DNA from: Candidatus Nitrospinota bacterium M3_3B_026
Lineage (GTDB): Bacteria > Nitrospinota_A > UBA7883 > JBPRGF01
Assembly (NCBI GenBank): GCA_051418015.1
Contig: JBPRGF010000017.1
Span: 256,001-320,000 of the forward strand
Direction of reading: 5' to 3'
DNA length: 64,000 bases
Shown: one piece after another, positions 58,434-64,000 of the stretch
How positions within the stretch are numbered: position 1 is the stretch's first letter
How the letters are laid out: every line of letters begins with the position of its first letter
Notes under the pieces: model-generated
Told to the model about the DNA's origin: nothing
Database searches by the model: none
Seen by the model: the letters and a program-made list of their open reading frames with translations, nothing else
Made by a program: the position numbers and the translations under genes

Positions 58434-59540
58434 TCAGCCTCCCTCCCCGGCGGCGGAGGAGACGGACTGCAGCGGCCCCGCGCCGGGATCCGGGGCCGCC
58501 TCGGCCTCTTTCGCCACGTTTCGCGCCAGGCTCTCGAAGACCTCCGCCAAATCCGGGTTTTTCTCCCTGTCGAATATGGGAGACCCCGCGTCGGCCTCCT
58601 CGCAGATCGACTTGACCAGAGGTATCTGCCCCAGAAGGGGCGCGCCGAGTTTTTTCGCCTCTGCCTTTCCGCCGCCTTCGCCGAAGATGTGGGCCACGTC
58701 GCCGCATTTTTCGCACTTGTAATAGCTCATGTTTTCCACGATTCCGAGGATGTTCGTCTCCGTCTGGCGGAACATGGCCACGGCCCGGCGCACGTCTATG
58801 AGGGCGATGTCCTGCGGCGTGGTGACCACTATGGCGCCGTCGATGGCAAGCTGCTGCACGAGAGACAGCGGCACGTCGCCAGTGCCCGGCGGCAGGTCCA
58901 CCACCAGATAGTCAAGCTCGCCCCATTTCACCTGGCTCATCAGCTGGTCCAGAAGCTTCATCACCATCGGCCCGCGCAGCACCATCGCCTCCTCGTCGCC
59001 GACGGCCATGCCGATGCTTATGACCTTCAGGCCCTTCACCTCGAAGGGGAGGATATTCTCGCCCTCCACCTCCAGCGGGCCCTTGGCGCCAAGCATCTTG
59101 TGGACCGAGGGGCCGAAGATATCCAGGTCCAGAAGGCCCACCTTGTTCCCCAGCCGGGAGAGGGTGTACGCAAGGTTCACCGCCACCGTGGACTTGCCCA
59201 CGCCCCCCTTGCCGGAGGTGACGGGGATCACCTTTTTGACTCCCGGTATCCTCTTGCGCCGGAAGGGTGACTCGCCCTGCGGCGCCTTCGGCCGGGCGGG
59301 CGCTCCGCCGGGCAGGACGTGGACCTCGGCGCCGGGGGCTATCTCCTTCACGGCGGCGGTGATCTCCCGGATCAGCCTGCCGATCGTCCCCTCGTCGGCG
59401 GATATCTCCTTGAGGGATATTGTCACGGAGTCCGGCGCGGCCTCCACCCCGGCCACGGCGCCCATGCTGACGATGTCGCGGTCGAAACCGGGGTATTTTA
59501 CTTTTCTGAGCTCTTCTAGAACCTGGTCCTTGTCCGGCAT
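58434..59540 (-). CDS. mrp: Mrp/ApbC Fe-S cluster carrier ATPase
   Basis: SGKGGVGKS, DLDIFGPS, DLPPGTGD, VTTPQ, ENMSYYKCEKC. Confidence 0.94.
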   Translation of the reverse strand: MPDKDQVLEELRKVKYPGFDRDIVSMGAVAGVEAAPDSVTISLKEISADEGTIGRLIREITAAVKEIAPGAEVHVLPGGAPARPKAPQGESPFRRKRIPGVKKVIPVTSGKGGVGKSTVAVNLAYTLSRLGNKVGLLDLDIFGPSVHKMLGAKGPLEVEGENILPFEVKGLKVISIGMAVGDEEAMVLRGPMVMKLLDQLMSQVKWGELDYLVVDLPPGTGDVPLSLVQQLAIDGAIVVTTPQDIALIDVRRAVAMFRQTETNILGIVENMSYYKCEKCGDVAHIFGEGGGKAEAKKLGAPLLGQIPLVKSICEEADAGSPIFDREKNPDLAEVFESLARNVAKEAEAAPDPGAGPLQSVSSAAGEGG

Positions 59541-59549
59541 TTCGCCTCC

Positions 59550-59795
59550 TTACATTATCGCCTGAACGGCGGTCACTCCGGGAACCTTCTCCATCAGGGT
59601 CCTCTCTATGCCCATCTTCAGCGTCATCGTGGCGGAGGGACAGCCCGAACACGACCCCTGCAGCCTCACCAGGACGACCCCCTCGTCGTTGACGTCGATA
59701 AGCTCCACGTTTCCGCCGTCGGCCACGAGGGCGGGCCGGATCTCGTCCAGGGCGGCCTCGATTTTCGCCTTGTCCACCTTCACGTTCTCTGTCAT
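59550..59795 (-). CDS. nfuA: NifU C-terminal / Nfu-type Fe-S carrier
   Basis: IRPAL..DGGNVEL, GSCSGCPS...TLK.GIE. Confidence 0.9.
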   Translation of the reverse strand: MTENVKVDKAKIEAALDEIRPALVADGGNVELIDVNDEGVVLVRLQGSCSGCPSATMTLKMGIERTLMEKVPGVTAVQAIM

Positions 59796-59901
59796 TTATC
59801 CTCTCTCCTCTTTCTCAATTTGCTGATTTTACGGCTTTTTCAAGACGCTCCGCCGGTCCCGGGCGCCAGCCTCACCTGCATGTTACAACAAAACCACCCA
59901 A

Positions 59902-59926
59902 ATGTCATACTAAAATAGTCAAGTAT
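59902..59926 (-). promoter_or_regulatory. IscR/Rrf2-type operator upstream of nfuA-mrp
   Basis: Minus strand ATACTTGACTATTTTAGTATGACAT; first 18 nt fit the IscR type-1 consensus ATASYYGACTRwwwYAGTCRRSTAT. Confidence 0.55.
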
Positions 59927-60102
59927 TATAGATGAAAAGAGCCTCCATGTCGATTCACTGAATCTTTTTATTACTCAAGGAATCTACTGAATACCCCTTT
60001 ATTCGGGGGCGGGGGGCGCGGAACGGGCCGCGCGGTCTTTATGAAGGCGAAGCATGGGGAGAGAGGCAGACCTTTCAACCATTTAAAACCTAAAGGGGAG
60101 TC

Positions 60103-61494
60103 TTGAACATGCGAAAACTCTATCTTCCGCTCGTCCTGTCGGGCGCCTTTGTGTTCTTAGCGCAAAGCGCCTGGGCGACCAACGGGCACCAGATGATAGG
60201 CGTGGGAACCTATCAGAAGAGCATGGGCGGCGCCACCACCGCGGCGCCTTACGACACCACCTCGGCCGTGGCGAACCCGGCGGGCCTTGCCCTCATCAAC
60301 AGCAGGGCCGACCTCTCCTTCGAGGGCTTCATGCCCACGCGGACGGCGGACTTCGAGAACCTCGGCGGCGAGTCGAACCAGGGCGGCTCCCCGCTCTACC
60401 TCGTCCCCTCGGTGGGTATAGCGGCCCCCATCGGCGATGACCTCGTCTTCGGCATGGGGATGTTTTTAACCTCCGGGATGGGCGTCGACTACGACACCAT
60501 GGACGTCGCCCCCTTCAACGCCGTCATGGGCCAGCTCATGGGCGTGACTGACCCGTCCATGCTGGACATGACCATGTGGAAGGGCAACATTTACAGCCAG
60601 TACCAGTTCTGGAAGCTGGCGCCCTCCATCGCCAAGAGGATAAACGACAACCTCACCGTCGGCGTGGCGCTCAACGTCGACTACCAGCAGATGGGCTTCA
60701 AGCAAAAGTTCTTCGACCCCAACGACTCCTCAAGCTACATGGGCTATGACCTCTCCCGGGCCGTGGGAGCCCTCGGCTTCGGCCTGACGGCGGGGGTGAT
60801 CTACAAGGTCAACGACATGTTCCAGGTCGGAGCCACCTACATCTCCGAGCAGAGCTTCGGCGACATGGAGTACCGCCTCTCCGCGGGCGACATCGTTACC
60901 GTCCCGGACAAGATGGGCAACACGCTCGTAAACTCCGACGGGACCTACAGCCTGGGGCTCAACTTCCCGCAGCAGATCGCCGTCGGCGTGGCGGTGGCGC
61001 CCATCCAGAAGCTTAAGATCACGGCGGACGTGAAGTGGATAAACTTCAGCGCCACGTATGACGATCCGACGATCGACGGCGATTTCAACGTGGTCAACGC
61101 TCAGACCGGCCCCACGGGCCAGACCAAAAGCTCCGCCCCGCTGCCCTTCGGCTGGGACGACGTGATGGTCTACGCCCTTGGCGTCGAGTTCCAGGCCACC
61201 CCGGCGGTGACGCTGCGGGCGGGATACAACCACGGCGACTCGCCGATCAAGGAGGAGGACGTCTTCAACAACATGGCCTTCCCCGCCATCGTCCAGGACC
61301 ACCTCGCCCTCGGCGCGGCCTTCCGGCTGGGCGAGAACTGGGAGCTTGGCCTTGCCTTCATGAAGGCTTTCAAGAACGAGCTCGAAGGCAAGAAGGACAT
61401 GACAGTCCTCGGCCAGACGATGGACTCCGGCGCCAAGATGGCCCTGGAGGAGACGAGCCTGCTGGCCTCTGTCTCCTACAACATCGGCAGGTAG
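60103..61494 (+). CDS. OmpP1/FadL/TodX-family outer-membrane channel
   Basis: ATNG...G.....MGGA, NPAGL, TLRAGYNHG.SPI, FPAIVQDH; alternative ATG at 60109. Confidence 0.9.
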   Translation: MNMRKLYLPLVLSGAFVFLAQSAWATNGHQMIGVGTYQKSMGGATTAAPYDTTSAVANPAGLALINSRADLSFEGFMPTRTADFENLGGESNQGGSPLYLVPSVGIAAPIGDDLVFGMGMFLTSGMGVDYDTMDVAPFNAVMGQLMGVTDPSMLDMTMWKGNIYSQYQFWKLAPSIAKRINDNLTVGVALNVDYQQMGFKQKFFDPNDSSSYMGYDLSRAVGALGFGLTAGVIYKVNDMFQVGATYISEQSFGDMEYRLSAGDIVTVPDKMGNTLVNSDGTYSLGLNFPQQIAVGVAVAPIQKLKITADVKWINFSATYDDPTIDGDFNVVNAQTGPTGQTKSSAPLPFGWDDVMVYALGVEFQATPAVTLRAGYNHGDSPIKEEDVFNNMAFPAIVQDHLALGAAFRLGENWELGLAFMKAFKNELEGKKDMTVLGQTMDSGAKMALEETSLLASVSYNIGR

Positions 61495-61516
61495 AACCAG
61501 CTGTTATCGCTCAACG

Positions 61517-61551
61517 AGGCGCCGGGGGATGACCTCCGGCGCCTTTTTTTT
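61517..61551 (+). terminator. Rho-independent terminator
   Basis: AGGCGCCGG-loop-CCGGCGCC followed by T8. Confidence 0.8.
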
Positions 61552-61711
61552 CGCGCCCGTCCGAATGAAGAAGCGCCGGGGGTGGAGCCAGTGAAAAATT
61601 TGCCCAAAACCAACGGCGCGGCATTATACGCTTGAAGCCCGGCGTGATAAGGGGCATCCTATGAAACCGGGGGGGGCGGCGCCGGGCCGTCCCTTTGCTT
61701 TCTGGAGGAGC

Positions 61712-62533
61712 ATGACGGAGACAGTGGGAAAGAGCGCCCTGGAGGCGGAGCTGGCAGAGCTTCGCCGAGGGGCCATAGACATGAACATTTCCTTCGCCAG
61801 GATGCCCCCTCTCCTCCGGCGCGTCCGTCTCCTCGCCCTGAATGCCGAGGTCACCTCCCACAGAATCGGCGACCTTGGAGTATCCTTCGGCGTGGTGGTG
61901 AAGGAAGTCAGCTCCATGGCCGCCGAGCTGCGGGAGCTTGTGGGCGAGGCCGAGGAAGCGCTATGGGAGATGGCGCGCCTCGTCGCGTTGTGGATGAGGT
62001 CCGGCCAGACGCTGCGCCTTGGCCAGCGCGCCGTGGACGCCGTCCGGCTGGCCGCCGCGGAGGATGATCCGGAAAAAGGGGGGGCTCCCGCTTTCGAATG
62101 GAAAGATACCCTGGAGCCCGGCGTTCTCGACGACTGGAAGGACAGGATGGAGACCGCCCTCGGAGGGGAGGGGGCCGAGAGCGTCCTGTGGCCGCTGATC
62201 CTGGGCGCGAGGGCGGAGATCATCAGGCTGCTGGTGGAGCTGGACACGGTGGCGGGGAGGCTCTCCTCGATGATAGAGAGGATCAACCTCGTCGCGGCCA
62301 GGAAAAGCGACTTCCTGGCGGTGTCGGCGATGATAGAGTCCGCCAGGACCGGCGAGGCCGGCGCGGACCTTGCGCCGGTGGCGGAGAGCATAAAGGCGCT
62401 TTCCGGCGACATAGCGGCGGTGGAGCGGGAGGCTTTCGACAAGGCCCGCTCGCTGCGCGGCCTGTCGCGCAGGATCAGGAGGAAGGCGCTGAAAACCATG
62501 ACAAGAGGGGGCCGAACAGGAGGAGAGGAATGA
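61712..62533 (+). CDS. Soluble chemoreceptor (MCP) signalling-domain-like protein, degenerate
   Basis: GGAGGAG RBS; LLALNAEV...G..G.SFGVVVKEV and FLAVSAMIESARTGEAG..LAPVAESI. Confidence 0.75.
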   Translation: MTETVGKSALEAELAELRRGAIDMNISFARMPPLLRRVRLLALNAEVTSHRIGDLGVSFGVVVKEVSSMAAELRELVGEAEEALWEMARLVALWMRSGQTLRLGQRAVDAVRLAAAEDDPEKGGAPAFEWKDTLEPGVLDDWKDRMETALGGEGAESVLWPLILGARAEIIRLLVELDTVAGRLSSMIERINLVAARKSDFLAVSAMIESARTGEAGADLAPVAESIKALSGDIAAVEREAFDKARSLRGLSRRIRRKALKTMTRGGRTGGEE

Positions 62534-63279
62534 TAAGCGTCGAGCTTTACAACAGGCGCGGGCGGCGCTGGGTATACTTCGGCGGGGACAAGCGCCGCGC
62601 CAGCACGCTCATCGACACCAACGAATACCTCGTCGAAAACGGCGGCAAGGGGCTGCTGGCCGACCCGGGCGGCACGGAGATATTTCCCGCCGTCGTGGCC
62701 GCCGTCTCAAGAAAGATAAGGATCGCGGACATAGAGGCCATTTTCGCCTCCCACCAGGACCCGGACATCGTATCGTCCCTGTCGCTCTGGATGGGGCTTA
62801 TCGACGGGCTGGATGTCTACGCATCGTGGGTGTGGAAGCTTTTCATCCCCCACTTCGCCGGGGGCGCCGCCATCCGCGCCATACCGGACGAGGGCATGAC
62901 GATTCCCCTCGGCGGTTCGAGCGATCTCGTGGCCGTTCCGGCCCACTACCTGCACTCCTCGGGCAATTTCAATCTCTACGACCCGCAGGCCAAAATTCTC
63001 TTTTCAGGCGACATCGGCGCGGCCCTCATGCCGGAGGGGGAGGTGTTCGTGAAGGATTTCGGCGGACACACGCAGTACATGGAAGGGTTCCACAAGCGCT
63101 GGATGCCCTCCAACACCGCCAAAAACGACTGGGTAAGAAGGGTGAGGGACCTCGACGTGGAGATCATGGCCCCCCAGCACGGCGCAATCTTCCGTGGTGA
63201 CGACGTAAAACGTTTCCTGGACTGGTTCGAGGCCCTGGAGGTGGGCTCGGCCGTCCGGATGGAAAAGGGGGAAAGCTAA
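62530..63279 (+). CDS. Oxygen-binding di-iron protein (ODP)-like metallo-beta-lactamase fold protein
   Basis: DTNEYL, DPGG, SHQDPDI, AHYLHSSGNF, FSGDIG, PQHG; ATG overlaps the upstream stop. Confidence 0.87.
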   Translation: MISVELYNRRGRRWVYFGGDKRRASTLIDTNEYLVENGGKGLLADPGGTEIFPAVVAAVSRKIRIADIEAIFASHQDPDIVSSLSLWMGLIDGLDVYASWVWKLFIPHFAGGAAIRAIPDEGMTIPLGGSSDLVAVPAHYLHSSGNFNLYDPQAKILFSGDIGAALMPEGEVFVKDFGGHTQYMEGFHKRWMPSNTAKNDWVRRVRDLDVEIMAPQHGAIFRGDDVKRFLDWFEALEVGSAVRMEKGES

Positions 63280-63361
63280 GCCCCTTAAAGCCGCGCCGCC
63301 GTGTGCGAAAAACGGGGTCAGGTCTCGTGTCTTGACACTTTGCCGGCGCCCCCGCGCCGCG

Positions 63362-64000
63362 TCAGGCCGGTTGGGCGGCGTGGCGGGCGAGGAACCTTTT
63401 CTTTTCGCGCCGGTCGGGCCACATGGCCAATATGGCGCCGATGGACATCATCAGCCCGCCGAGCCACAGCCACTTGACGAGAGGGTTTATGTGCACCTTG
63501 AAGGTGGCGGAGCCGTCCTCGTTCAGGGCGGCGAAGATTACGTAGAGGTCTTCTATATAGGTGGTGTGAATCGCCACCTCCGAAGTGGGCTGGGGCTGGG
63601 TGTCGCCCCTTATGCCCTTCATGTAATGGATGTTCCTCTCCGGCAGGACGTAGCCGATCTTCTCCCCGTCCTTTTCCACGAGCAGCGTGGCGCTGAAGCT
63701 CTCCAGCGTCTCCTTCGGCTTTTCGTAGTCGTACTTGTAGAAGGTCAGGGTGTAGTCCTTTATCTGTATTTTGTCACCCGGCCGGATGTTCGCCTCCGTC
63801 TCCTGGTTGAACCACGAGCCGGTGAAGCCCATGAAGGCGAAGATGACCCCGATGTGGATGATGTAGCCGCCGTAGCGCCTCTTGTTCCTCCAGAGCAGGT
63901 TCGCCGCGGCCAGCAGGAGGTTCTCCTTCGCCGAGACGGCGCGGGCGCGGACGCCCCTGGCCGTGTCCATCAGGATCGTAGACGCCACGAACAGGCAGAT
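63362..64000 (-). CDS. ccmF: Heme lyase CcmF/NrfE family, C-terminal part (runs off window end)
   Basis: RRYGGYIIHIG, SEVAI....EDLY, INPLVKWLWLGG. Confidence 0.9.
   Translation of the reverse strand: MCLFVASTILMDTARGVRARAVSAKENLLLAAANLLWRNKRRYGGYIIHIGVIFAFMGFTGSWFNQETEANIRPGDKIQIKDYTLTFYKYDYEKPKETLESFSATLLVEKDGEKIGYVLPERNIHYMKGIRGDTQPQPTSEVAIHTTYIEDLYVIFAALNEDGSATFKVHINPLVKWLWLGGLMMSIGAILAMWPDRREKKRFLARHAAQPA

Overview
GC-rich bacterial chromosomal window. Gene content suggests Nitrospinota or a similar chemolithotroph; this is an inference. Two housekeeping genes (smc, partial; thiL) are followed by a ~55 kb respiratory super-cluster, mostly on the minus strand. Its centre is a divergent nitrous-oxide-reductase (NosZ)-like copper protein (11728-13524) with a Sec-type signal peptide, one CuZ His and one CuA His substituted, and a sigma-54 promoter with IHF sites upstream. 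No nosD/F/Y/L/R/G/H genes are recognisable in the window. Instead it holds two cytochrome b/c paralogues with no Rieske gene, a cytochrome bd-like subunit I without CydB, about ten c-type cytochromes (one fused to an EbdC-like heme domain), a Gld-type ABC transporter, three FGE/SUMF1 (NirV-like) proteins lacking the catalytic Cys pair, two membrane-fused spermidine-synthase-like proteins, two Vgb-like beta-propellers and a His-rich CcdA/TlpA/CcmH-like maturation module. The two-component system next to nosZ has an apparently dead sigma-54 activator. A separate tightly packed operon (44199-50321) encodes an intact sigma-54 response regulator, a corrinoid protein, an MtaA/UroD-like domain lacking two Zn ligands fused to a RACo-type reductive activator, and a soluble PAS histidine kinase. 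I hypothesise this is a cob(I)amide-based N2O (or oxidant) sensor controlling the cluster. The right end has mrp/nfuA with an IscR-like site, a FadL-type outer-membrane protein, an MCP-like/ODP pair and a partial ccmF. All calls come from reading motifs by eye; no database searches were run.
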